From Geosiphon pyriformis uo1 (Eukaryota > Fungi > Glomeromycota), in NCBI GenBank assembly GCA_016748015.1, contig JAAOMT010000302.1, positions 434,001 to 498,000 of the forward strand: DNA of 64,000 bases, in the 5' to 3' direction. The translations under genes were made by a program, and so were the position numbers. Shown piece by piece: positions 27,325-39,000 of the stretch (its first letter is position 1; the number at the start of each line of letters is the position of its first letter). Under the pieces are notes generated by a model. The model was not told where the DNA came from. It saw only the letters and a list, made by a program, of their open reading frames with translations, and did no database searches.

Positions 27325-27445
27325 TATAAGCAATTTGAAATAAAAGAAAATTATTTTTGGTGTATGGGTTTTTATGTTATTTTTGTTTTGTTTTTGTGAG
27401 ATTGTTTCTAAATTATAAGAAGATAACTATAATAATTAATTTAAA

Positions 27446-30400
27446 TTAAGTGTTCAAGTTGGGAGGCTGTTCAATGACAACTATTGGTTCTAAATTTCGG
27501 GGAATGTCTTCAGGATTGATTTAAGGGAAATGTGTACCAATTTGTGGAATTAATGATTCAGGATTGTTTCTGGAATTATAGTGTTTCAAACGATCTCCAT
27601 GTGCAACTTTTGCTAGAATTTTGTCATCAAGTCTTAGTTTGTATGATCCATTGCCTAAAACTTCATGGATAAAGAATGGTCCATCCCATTTATTTTCAAA
27701 TTTCTCACTCCATTGTTTTTCAGCTTTAGTTCTGTGTAAGAGAACTTTGTTTCCAATTTTAAATTTATTGGTGATTGGAGGCAATTTGTTATCATGCCAT
27801 TCTTTTTGTCAAGCTTGGGAGTTTTCAATATGGGTGGCTGCTATTTATTGTTTTCCTTCCAACATACTAAGCAGAGTGTAGGCTCTTTGTTGAAGTGTTT
27901 CTTGAAAATTGTTTTTATTGATTGGTTGTGCTGGGTATGTTTCCACTGTAAACTTAATTGGTAGCATTGCTGTCCTTCCATAAGTTAAATCAAATGGTGT
28001 GTGTTTTGTGGTATCTTGTTTTAGTGTTCTATATGCTAGTAACACTGATGGAATAAAGATATCCCATTCTTGCTCAAAATTGGTTGAGACTTTGGCTAAT
28101 AACTCACACAATGTTCTGTTAAAACATTCCACAAATCTGTTTGTTTGTGGATGGTAGGGTGAAGACAGAGGTCTTTTGACATTGAATCGTTTGCAAATTT
28201 CTTGTATTAGGTTGTTCACAAAATGTGTTCTCTGGTCGGATAAAAGTTCAATTGGACATCTGTGTCTACAAATAATGTCTTTGTAGATGAAATTTGCTAC
28301 TGATTTTGCATCTGCTTGTTGAATGGCTCTGGCTTCGGACCATTTAGTAAAATAGGCTACAGCTACTGCAATATAACAGTTTCCTTGAGTAGTGATAGAT
28401 AATGGTCCGACTAAATCGATACCAACTCGGTCAAAAGGTTGTCCAACTTTGATTGGATTTAATGGTTCAGTAGGGCATGTTCTTTCTTTTCTTTGACAAC
28501 TATCACAAGATTCGACATATTCATGAATGTCTTTCCTTATTTGAGACCAAAAGTAATATTCTAGTGTTCTTTGAGTGGTGCTATCTTTTCCAAAGTGTGC
28601 TGATGAAGGATCTGAGTGCATGTTGTATAATATGGTCTCTTTTTTCTGTTCTTGTATTAGTCTGAGTGGTTTGTTTGGGTTTTTGAAATTTCGATGATAA
28701 ATAATATTGTTGTGTAGAAAATATTGTTTGGCCTTGTTGTTGTAGTTGATGTTTTTTATCTGGAGACCAATCTGTTGGAATTGTTAATGTTTCCAAATAT
28801 TGTTTGAGATTGTTGTAGTTTTCTGAATTCATTGTTTGTTGGCTCTTTTGGTTGGTTAAGTTGAGTGTTGGTTTTTGTTTTCTAATCTTGTCTCATTCTG
28901 AAGAGACAGTCAACATTGGTGTGGAGTTTTCCTGGTTTGTGATATACTATGTATCGATAATTTGCTAGAAATCCTGTTCATCGGGTTTGTTTTGCATTCT
29001 GCTGAGTATTTTTGTTCTGAAGCCATTTGAGTCCAATATTATCAGTGATAATATCAAATTTTTTAGGCCTGAGATAAAGATTGAAGTGATGTAGGGCCCA
29101 AATTACGGCTGCTGTTTCTAGTTCTGTGGCAGGGTAGTTTTTCTCAGCTGGTTTTAATGTTCTGCTAGCATAAGCAATTACTCATTCATTTCCATTGTCA
29201 TCTAGTTGTGATAAGATGGCACCAAAAACAGTATATGAAGCATCTGTAGCTAGTCAAAATCAGTTGCTAAAATCCGAGTAGGCAAGGATTGGGGCTGTTG
29301 TCAGTTTTTCCTTGAGAATTTCAAAAGCTTTTTGGTGTTCGGTAGTCCATTTGTATTCCACGTTTTTGGTGGTGAGCTGGTTGAGGGGTTTTGCAATTTC
29401 CAAGAATCCTTTGATAAACTTCCGATAGTAGGATGCTAATCTTATGAATCCTCTTAGTTTTGTAGTATTTCGTGGAACTTTGAAGTTCTTAACAGCACTG
29501 ATTTTTTCTGAATCTGGTTTGACTTCTTCTTCACTAACTATGTGACCAAGAAAGGCCAAACTTGTTTTTCCAAAATGGCATTTTTCAATGTTTAGTTTTA
29601 ATTCTGCTTTACGTAATCATTGAAAAACTTCTTGCAAGTGAATTAAATGAAGTCCGAAAGATGGGGAATAAACATCAGTGTCATTAAGATAGACAACTAC
29701 TGATTTCCAAAGGAGTCCAGCATATACAACATCTATGAGTCTTTGGAATGTTGCTGGTGCATTGCATAATCTAAAGGGCATTACATTGAATTCATAGTTT
29801 TCCCCTTGTATTGTGAATGCTGTTTTGGGGTGGTCTTTGGGATCCATGGCAACTTGTCAGTATTTGCTTTCTAGGTCTAATGTTGAAAAGTATTTAGATT
29901 TTCCAAGGGCATTTAACATGTTATCAATTCGCGGAAGAAGGTAAGCATCCCCAATGGTGACACTGTTGAGTTGTCGATAATCAACACAAAATTGTATCTT
30001 TTCATTCTTCTTTTTAACTAGGACCACTGATAAGGCCCATGGACTCATTGATGATTGGATAAACCCATTGTTAAGCATCCGTTGTACTTCTTCTCGGATA
30101 AATTGGTGGCTTTCTGGAGCAACTTAATATGCTTGTTGTCTTCTTGGTTTGGCATCTCCTGTATAAATTTGGTGTTGGACCAAATCGGTTCTTCCTAAGT
30201 TATTGTTGTTTTCAGCGAAGATATCAGCAAATTCTGCAATTAGTTCTTTGAGCTGGGTCTGTTGTTGTGGTTCAAGTTGTCCCATGTTGATTCGAGATAA
30301 TTTTTTCATGACAACATGGTAGTTTTCGGAGCTGGGGTTTGGATTGATTTTTGGTAGTGAATGTCCAATAATTTCAGAAAAATTGGGGACTGTTTGGGGT

Positions 30401-33400
30401 AATTCTTGTTGAAATATGTTATTGTGAATGATTCCAATTTCTAAGTTATTTAATAAAACTATGGGATAATTGTTGGGATTGTAAAAAGTAACTCAGACTT
30501 TCTTTGTTCCTTCTGGAATATAAATGTTTGGGATCAAGATATTATGTTTCAAGCAGATTTGTTCATTTGATTCAAAAATTTGTTGTGTGATTGTTGGCTT
30601 TTCACAAATGTAAATTTCAGGGTGTTCTCTAAAGGGTGAAATGGTAATTGGTTGTGGAAGTTGTAAAATCTGGTGAGATTCTTTCTGTTCATTGAAAGCT
30701 ATGTTTACTGGAACTGTGAAACATCCAGTTGAACCAAAACCTTGTGTTCCTCTTTCGCTTTTTCCCAACTGTTCTCTTTGATTAACTAATTGTAAATCTG
30801 AAATATTGATTAAGGGTAGATAGATAGCTTGAGCAATTTTTTCAGCATATCTAATTTTGAAAGGTTTATCAGTTTTATTTTGTAATATAACTGTGATGTC
30901 TCCTGTGTATCCAGCATCAATGATTCCTTCTCTAACATTGATTCCTTTGCTTGCCAAAAATAATTGAGAAGCAATTTGAACCATTGCTCCTAGTGGAATT
31001 TTAAGAGCAATTTTGAGGTTGATTTTTGTGAGAGATTTGGGTTTGAGAGTAAGAGTATCTTTTTCTGGATATCTTAGATCATATCCAGCATCGATTTTGT
31101 GGGCTTTTTTTGGTTTTATTCCTTGTCCATTGTTGTTGAAATATTTGAGTTGTAAAGCAGGCTGATTTTTGATGAGATAGATGGGTGTTGTCTCAATTTT
31201 TTCTGTTGCTTCAAGTTCTCCGAATTCAATTTCGTATTCATCATTTTTGCTGGGCAAGGGAATGCTAAGAGCATAGCATTCAAGACACCACTGTTTATCA
31301 CAAGGCATAATACATTCTTCACATAGTCTAATGTTCATTTGCTCTAATTGTTGAATTTGAGCTTTTTGGGTTGGGTAGGTGTGACTTGCAATTTGGTGGT
31401 AGACTTCTACTTCGTCTTCATAATCAAATCCAGCTAATTCCATGGTGTATTCAATGTATTCTGCTTCCTTCATTTGGCGAACATCTTCTTTGGTAGCTTC
31501 ATTAATTAATGCCATTGCTAGGTTGAAAATCATTTTGGCATCATGAAGGTAGTGATAAAGTTTGTTGAGAGCACTGTTGTATGCTGCATTAAAGGGTGTT
31601 CCTCTTTTTACTTTTTCTGAAATTGATAAAACATATTGGCAGGTCTGATCGCAAACTCCTCCTCTCATGGCTACATCAATCCAATTGCATTCTTCTGGTA
31701 GCATATCTCCACAAGTCAAACAAGAGGTGTTGTCCCATTTTCCACTTCTTTTTATTAGATGGCCCCATTGTTCTCTGTGGCAAAGCCTTGCAGTAATAAC
31801 AAGTATGATTTTCATATTCTTCTTTGGGTGAAATGCAGGCTCTCATTGATGATAATTTCTTGTGGCAGTCCTTATATTTAAGGGGAATATAGGGGCGTTG
31901 TTTTTTTGGTTCGGGTTTTGAGTAAGGTATATTCTATCCAGAGGTTTCGGGTTCAAAGTGTGGGGTAAAATGTTCTTGTTCTGTTTCATTGGCCCAGTTG
32001 GACGTTGATCCAAGAGCTATGAATGTTTCAATGAGGGGTTTTTCCTCTTCTGGTTCGAATTCAAAAGCCAGGGCTTTTTCAGAGTGTTTGTTGAATGTAT
32101 CACAAATGGCAGGTACTCAGGCGTGTTGTCCTTGGTAGGAAATTGTTAACTCTTGTGTTTTCCAATTCAGATTAGCATTGGCTTTTTGAAGCCAATCTTT
32201 TCCAATGAGAGTTTGGTATTGGGGTGCGTCCATTACAAGAACTTTAACTGAAATGGTAATTCTATCAAGAGTGAACAGAAAATTGTCAATTTCTCTTACT
32301 GGGGTTTTTTTCATGCTATCGGCAGTAACAATTACTGTTTGAGCTGGTTGGTCAATATTTTTTTTCAACTGTTGCATTAACTGGTAGGTGATAATGCTTC
32401 CGGCGGATCCACTGTCTAGGATTAAGTGAATTGTCTTTCCTTCGACTTCGGCTTTAGTGTACATGGTCGTGATTGCTTTTTGTTCATTGGCGGCTGTATT
32501 GTTAAGCAGAAATGATGACTCATTTGCTTCAAACTCAAAAGGAAATATATCTGAAAAGTTAGCATTTTCAGCGATTTTGGCTGGTGGAATTGTGGTAGGA
32601 GTATAGGAAGGATTTTGTTGTTGTGCTGCAGCTCTACCTTTCGAGAGTGCAGTATGGTGAAAATTCTGTTCTTCCGGCATTGTTAAATAACTGGGTTGAG
32701 TGTGGTAGTGGTTGGGTCTTGGTTAAGTGGTATTTCGGAGAACCAATTGGTTGTTCGAACTGATTCTATTGTTGTTTGCTTGGTATCGGTTTTGTGGTGT
32801 GAATTGATTTTGTGTAAGCAGTCTTTGAGCAGGTACTTGATAATATTGTGTGAGCGGTTATTGGTATTGCTGTGGGATTGGCTGTGGGGCAGGCTAATAA
32901 TAGTTATTTTGGTATTGGGATCTTGGTGGATAGTAAGCTGGTGGTGACAATTGATAATAAGATTGCTGTGGTGGAGGGTAATGTTGATTACTCCTATTTT
33001 GTTTGTCTCATTGTAGCTTTCTGCAATCTCTTTTCCAGTGGCCAGAAATTCCACAGTAATGGCAATTTTGAGGCTGGTTATTGGAAAGTGGTGCAAAGTT
33101 ATTTTGATTTCATCTTTGGGGTGGTTGATATCTTTGGAGTTGCTGTTGTTGTTGATTGGTGAAATAGTTTTCAACCTTCTTTGTGAGTTGGTCAATTTTT
33201 TCCTCAGCTGCTGAGCTGGTTTCTCCAATTGCCAAATTTACAAGTTTTGTGCAGTTGGCCTCTTCCATGGCCATTTCGTATCTTTTCGCATGCTGTATGG
33301 CAGAGTTTAAATCTTCTGGCGCATGTAGGCAAACATTTTTAATTAGTTTATCTTTTAGACCAGCAATAAATTGATCCAAGATTTGAGCATCAGAATAATA

Positions 33401-34492
33401 ATCATTTGTCTCAAGTTGGCGAATTCGTCTGAGAAGTTTGTTGAATTTCCCAATATAAGTCATAATGGATTCGGAGGGTTCTTGTTTGATATTTCGAAAA
33501 CGATTGTGAAGAGTGATGGAGGTGTTATTGTTGGTGAACTGTTCAAGGAAGGCTGCTTTGAAAGCATTCCAATCATTGAATGGGGTGGCCAAGTTTTCAA
33601 ACCATTCTTCTGCTGTTCCTTTGAGAAAGTAAGAAATTGTTCTTAATATTCTGGCAGCATTCCATCCATTTGCATCTCCAGCTTTAGTAACTTGGTCGAG
33701 CCATTCTTGGGGACTGGTCTCAATATCTTCTTTATTAAATTCAAGGATTTTTGCGATGTATGTTGTCATTTTGTCTTCTTCCTTTTCACTGTCTATTGAT
33801 TCTTCTTTAGTTATTTCAGAGTTGTTTTCTTTATTTGCTGCTGTCTCAGAGTGTTTACTTTGATTTTCAGCTAGAAAATCAAGGAGATTGGAACTAGTTT
33901 GAAGAAGTTCTTGTTGTCTGGTGGGACTTCTGAGTGATGTAAAATCTTTTGGTCTTGCAAATCAATTTAAGGGTGAATTAGGTGTTTGTGCTTGTGCAAG
34001 TGAAGCTGGAAAAGGTGTGATAGTAAGTGGAAGTTTTGAACTGGTTCCTTGTTTAGGTGTTTGTAAATGTTTGAATGATATTTTGGGAGTATTGGGTGTT
34101 ATATGAACAGGTCGGTTATCTCTTTGTCTTTTGTTGCTACTGGTTTCAGGTTCAGATTCAAGTTCAAAGACAAATTGTGTGTTTGCAGGATATTTTTCTT
34201 CACAGAATCAAATGATATTATAATCAAGTTTTTCAAAATAAGTAGTGCAAGCTTCAGCACTAATGTTTTCTGATTCAGTGTTGGAATAGTGTAGTATGTT
34301 CTTAAGAAGATCTCTTTTAATTGTTGTAATATTATAGTTTCCAAAGAGGTAGTCGTTGATTCGATTTTCGATGTATTGAAAAAGTGTTTTCTTGAAAGCT
34401 ATGATTCTGTCACGTATTTCAAATCGTTGTTTGCAGTGTGTGTAAATCAGTTGATAGTACTCTAAGGTTGTGATGTCTGAGGCAGTCGCCAC
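27446..34492 (-). pseudogene. A2 gag-pol
   Basis: Gag 33110-33769, PR LILDSGSAGS (32117-32680), Cys-rich domain plus dUTPase (30493-31815), RT 29617-30078, RT-RH connection 29260-29559, IN HHCC/DDE 27845-28621, GPF module 27521-27784. Confidence 0.92.
30724..31155 (-). other. dut: dUTPase domain of A2 pol (best-preserved copy)
   Basis: Four of the five trimeric dUTPase motifs are clear (DAGYDL, GIIDAGYTG, EKIAQ, RGTQGFGSTG). Motif II reads IASQLFLA here and IASRSFLA in A1. Confidence 0.9.
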
Positions 34493-36371
34493 TTTGAATT
34501 TGTTGTTGCTGTGTTATTTCCGTGGGAGAGCACCAAATGTTACCAGAGGTTTTTGGTCTCTTTTCTTAAATGTTGTCGATGCTTGTTTGCTGTGAATTCA
34601 CGTTTTCTGGATGTGGTTGAACCTCCAGTAACTGAATTTATCTTCAAATTATCTCCTATAATTTGAATTACTGGGCTTATAAGTGGAATGACCAATTCCG
34701 TACCAGTTACTTTATGTAGTTATGTTGTAGTAAACATTAATTTTTTCCCAGGAATTGCTTGTCTGGAAGCTCACTAAAATGTATAGTTACTTTGCTGTAA
34801 AAGTCAACTCTTCTACAGAAATCTTGTCTGTAGGCTACTCTAATAATTATAGTAAAAAAATAAAATAAAAAAAAATAAAAAGATGTAAAAGAAATAAAAT
34901 TCTGTCAAGGAAAACGTTTTCAATCCAGGCCTGGAGTCACTAACAGATTATTGAAATTGGTAGCTAATCAATTTCAAAACTTTAGTTGGGTTTTGAGGAT
35001 TTTCTAAATGCAATAATTAAAGAATTTGGTTTTTCAAATTATTTGATATTTATTTCTTTTTGTGTATGTAGGAATGGTTCTAAGTAATAAATCTAAAGTA
35101 AGATACATTTTCTCGAAGAGAGAAGCTTTTCTTTTTATACAACTTGTCGTAACACTATTCTATGAACTTGAACTTTGCTATTTTCTACAATTTCGCTGAA
35201 CTAAAGATACATTTTGGCAAACTACAAGTTATTTCTGTAAACTATTAGATATTTCGGTGAACTATCAATTATTTCGGCAAATTTCTATAAATTTCAGCAA
35301 ACTTTTGAATGTTACATAGTTCGGGGTATTGCATGATTGATCATCACAATTAGGTTACATTTGTGTTGTGTACAATTTGGGTTATTAATTAAATGATAAT
35401 TTCAGACATTTTTGCTAATGTAATAAGNNNNNNNNNNNNNNNNNNNNNNNNNNNNNNNNNNNNNNNNNNNCTATTCTATGAACTTGAACTTTGCTATTTT
35501 CTACAATTTCGCTGAACTAAAGATACATTTTGGCAAACTACAAGTTATTTCTGTAAACTATTAGATATTTCGGTGAACTATCAATTATTTCGGCAAATTT
35601 CTATAAATTTCAGCAAACTTTTGAATGTTACATAGTTCGGGGTATTGCATGATTGATCATCACAATTAGGTTACATTTGTGTTGTGTACAATTTGGGTTA
35701 TTAATTAAATGATAATTTCAGACATTTTTGCTAATGTAATAAGTGATAATTTGAAACAATAATATATGCTAATTAATGATAAGAATTATAATATAGTTTC
35801 ATGCTCAATGATATCTCTAATTTCATTTGGTAACAGCAGAAGGTGAAAAAAAAAGAGGCAAAAAACGAGAAAAAGGTTACAAAAAAAGATACTTGGTTCC
35901 TGAGCTCGAAGAAATAAAAGAAGCTTTAGCTCATAAGACTGAACTCTCCAAAACAGGGAAGTGGACACTTGACAATGCCCAGGAATGGAAAGAAAAACTT
36001 CCTCCAGCTTATTGGTTCTACAAAATTGGAGAACAGCTTGACTTAAAAACACCATACGAAGACCTCAGCCAGAAAACATTCAACAAAGAAGCAATACAAC
36101 AAGTAGAAAAATTCATAGGGAAAAACAACCTGACCCTATATTACAAAGTAGCATACCAACTATACACTACCTTCCAATATTGCCCAAACGTACTACTGAA
36201 CGGATCTATAAAAACCATAATGATTAACAACATAGGATAAATAACCAATCAACAGTTCAAAGACTTATAAAAGACAATACTCGAGACAACAATCAAACAT
36301 TACATGAATGAAGCCACAATAACAGATACATATGGTTTTGCAGGAGCTCAATTTTAAAAAGAGAGAAATAA

Positions 36372-37463
36372 TGTTACCCAAGTAGAAAAACTGATCCAAA
36401 ATTATAAAGAAACATAACATAACACAGAATAGTATAATAACATTAGATAACACGTTATAATATAGGATAACATGTTATAATGCAGGATAACATAGAATAG
36501 TGCACAATAATATAAGATAACATGTTATAATGTAGGATAACACAGAATAAAATGTAATAACATCAGATAATGTGTTATAACATAGGATAACTAGCAATAA
36601 CATAGAAAAACAAAGCAATAACAGAAATAACAAAGCAATAGCTAGTAATAGTGAGACAATTGAAAGCAATTCTGTAAAACCAAAAGAATGTATAAAAGCA
36701 AGTAGTTGTAAAAGTTAGAAAAGACAGACAGACAGATAAATATGAATCTCTAGACAAGAATCAAATATCCATACCCCTTCATCATTTATTATCCTCCCTA
36801 TTTTATCTTCTGAAATAAATCAATTATTAAAGAAATCAGAGTCACAAATTCATGTTCCCAAACTTTGTGGAATTTATGTAAATTAACTCTTGTCTTATAC
36901 CTTTGTTTTAGGACAGATGCTCTTAGCATAACTGCCTTGAATGATCAACGATTTGGACCAATCACTCTTGATCACAGTGATTGATGATACTAATTTATCT
37001 TTTCTTTCTTTTTTTTTTTTTTTTTCTTTTCTTTTTTTTTTTTTTTTTTTTTCCTTTTCTTTTTCTTTCTTAATTTTTTGTGGAGCAGCAACATAGTAAA
37101 ATCAACTGTTTGGAAATAGACTTTGTGATAGCCTGGTAAAAGAGGGAAGCTTCCCCTAAGTTTTGGATATTAACATTATCTTGTTAGCTTACCAGAAGGG
37201 TAAAAAAACAATGCCAGACCCTAACAACTGCACTTATTAGCTCGGAGAAGAAAGCTTATCTTTATAAGAAGTTGCAATCAGCAAGAACCAAAACTTTGTG
37301 CCTTATAATAAAAGAACTCAATGGGTAAATTTATATCCAGAAATAGACCTTCAGAGATTAATAATCAAGACTAAGCCAACAAAATTACGTGGAAGATGTA
37401 TCATCAATAATTAAGAGCACCAAACATTACCATTTCCCATACCCACCAAGTTTACCCATAACA
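36372..37463 (+). repeat. 3' LTR of element B
   Basis: Direct repeat of 7258-8325. Confidence 0.93.
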
Positions 37464-37760
37464 TCGGATAGTCAGATGGCTTTGAATGCTTGCAGGTCAG
37501 AGTCTAATCTAGTGTGTCCTGATTTTTGCAATCAGTGTTGGGTCGAGCATTGGCATATTAAGAATGTTACTTAGAGTAAGAATTTGAAAGTTAAATGGCA
37601 TAAGGTTAAGAACCACTCTGGTATTTTGGGGAATGATTGTGCTGATAGCATCACTAATGCTGCATTTTTCTCTGGTTGGTATCTTCCTCCTTGTGTTAGT
37701 GAACATTTTTTGTTGGCAGATGGTGGTGTTGTTTCTGGTAATTCTAGGCACTTTATCCGT

Positions 37761-39000
37761 TGTTACCGGAGGTTTTTGGTCTCTTTTCTTGAAGGTTGTG
37801 GTGTTGTTTTGCTGTTTTATTCACGACTAGAGGAAGTAGTTGAACCTTCGATAACTGAATTTATCTTCAAATTATCTCCTATAATTTGAACCGCTGGGCT
37901 TATAAGTGGAATGGCCAATTCTGTGCCAGTTACTTTATGTAGTTACGTTGTAGTAAACGTCAACTCTTTCCCAGGAATTGCTCGTCTGGAAGCTCACTAA
38001 AAATGTGTAGTTACTTTGCTGTGAAAGTCAACTCTTCTACAGGAATCTCGTCTGTAGGCTACCCAAATGATTATGATAAGAAAAGAAAGAGAAAAATAAA
38101 AGAAACGTAAAGAAATAGAATTTTGTCAAGGAAACGTNNNNNNNNNNNNNNNNNNNNNNNNNNNNNNNNNNNNNNNNNNNNNNNNNNNNNNNNNNNNNNN
38201 NNNNNNNNNNNNNNNNNNNNNNNNNNNNNNNNNNNNNNNNNNNNNNNNNNNNNNNNNNNNNNNNNNNNNNNNNNNNNNNNNNNNNNNNNNNNNNNNNNNN
38301 NNNNNNNNNNNNNNNNNNNNNNNNNNNNNNNNNNNNNNNNNNNNNNNNNNNNNNNNNNNNNNNNNNNNNNNNNNNNNNNNNNNNNNNNNNNNNNNNNNNN
38401 NNNNNNNNNNNNNNNNNNNNNNNNNNNNNNNNNNNNNNNNNNNNNNNNNNNNNNNNNNNNNNNNNNNNNNNNNNNNNNNNNNNNNNNNNNNNNNNNNNNN
38501 NNNNNNNNNNNNNNNNNNNNNNNNNNNNNNNNNNNNNNNNNNNNNNNNNNNNNNNNNNNNNNNNNNNNNNNNNNNNNNNNNNNNNNNNNNNNNNNNNNNN
38601 NNNNNNNNNNNNNNNNNNNNNNNNNNNNNNNNNNNNNNNNNNNNNNNNNNNNNNNNNNNNNNNNNNNNNNNNNNNNNNNNNNNNNNNNNNNNNNNNNNNN
38701 NNNNNNNNNNNNNNNNNNNNNNNNNNNNNNNNNNNNNNNNNNNNNNNNGAACTATGAATTATTTCGGCCAATTTTCATTAATTTCGGCGAATTTTGGCTA
38801 TGTTATATGGTTCAGGGTATTGTGTAAATTGATCATCTCAATTTCTATGGTCCAAATCGGGTTATTGATTAAATGATGATAATTGCTAATTTGATTAAAT
38901 AATAAGTGAAATTCGAAACGATAATAATATATGCTAATTAATGATAGGAATTATAAAGGAAATTTCATGCTAATTAATAGCTAAAATTCTACTGGTAACA
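37761..39000 (-). mobile_element. Family A solo LTR (A3) inserted in LINE-1; contains an N gap
   Basis: TGTTACCGG...GGTAACA with a perfect TSD CCGT (37757-37760 / 39001-39004). The gap could hide a collapsed internal region. Confidence 0.8.

Larger units (their letters stand above)
25655..35835 (-). mobile_element. Ty3/Gypsy family A copy A2, nested in ORF3 of B in opposite orientation
   Basis: 3' LTR 25655-26636. 5' LTR 34538-35835 (982 bp after removing the gap duplication). PBS 34520-34535, PPT 26637-26649, TSD GCGG/GCAG. Confidence 0.93.
25438..36357 (+). pseudogene. Element B ORF3 (25438-25654 joined to 35840-36357; interrupted by A2)
   Basis: MDLSDQILKLSKQLFETIQKL...NCLWA|EGEKKRGKKREKGYKKRY...YWFYKIGEQL...YYKVAYQLYTTFQYCPNVL. 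The frame is continuous across the TSD. Confidence 0.78.
7258..37463 (+). mobile_element. Ty3/Gypsy LTR retrotransposon, family B (full length, decayed; hosts A1 and A2)
   Basis: LTRs 7258-8325 and 36372-37463 (TGTTAC...TAACA). PBS at 8328, PPT at 36356-36371, 4-bp TSD TTGG/TCGG. Domain order gag-PR-Zn-dUTPase-RT-RH-IN-ORF3. Confidence 0.93.

Noticed and set aside
35155-35743. 273-bp direct repeat within the A2 5' LTR (35155-35427 = 35471-35743)
   Set aside because: Identical copies flank an N gap. Removing one copy plus the gap restores 982 bp, equal to the 3' LTR, so this is a scaffolding artefact.
37941-38057. Hammerhead ribozyme in the LTR (CAGACGAG...GAAA)
   Set aside because: The core would need CUGANGA, a proper stem II and GAAA/UH geometry. 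U4 is A in all copies, and the CAG is paired in a different stem.
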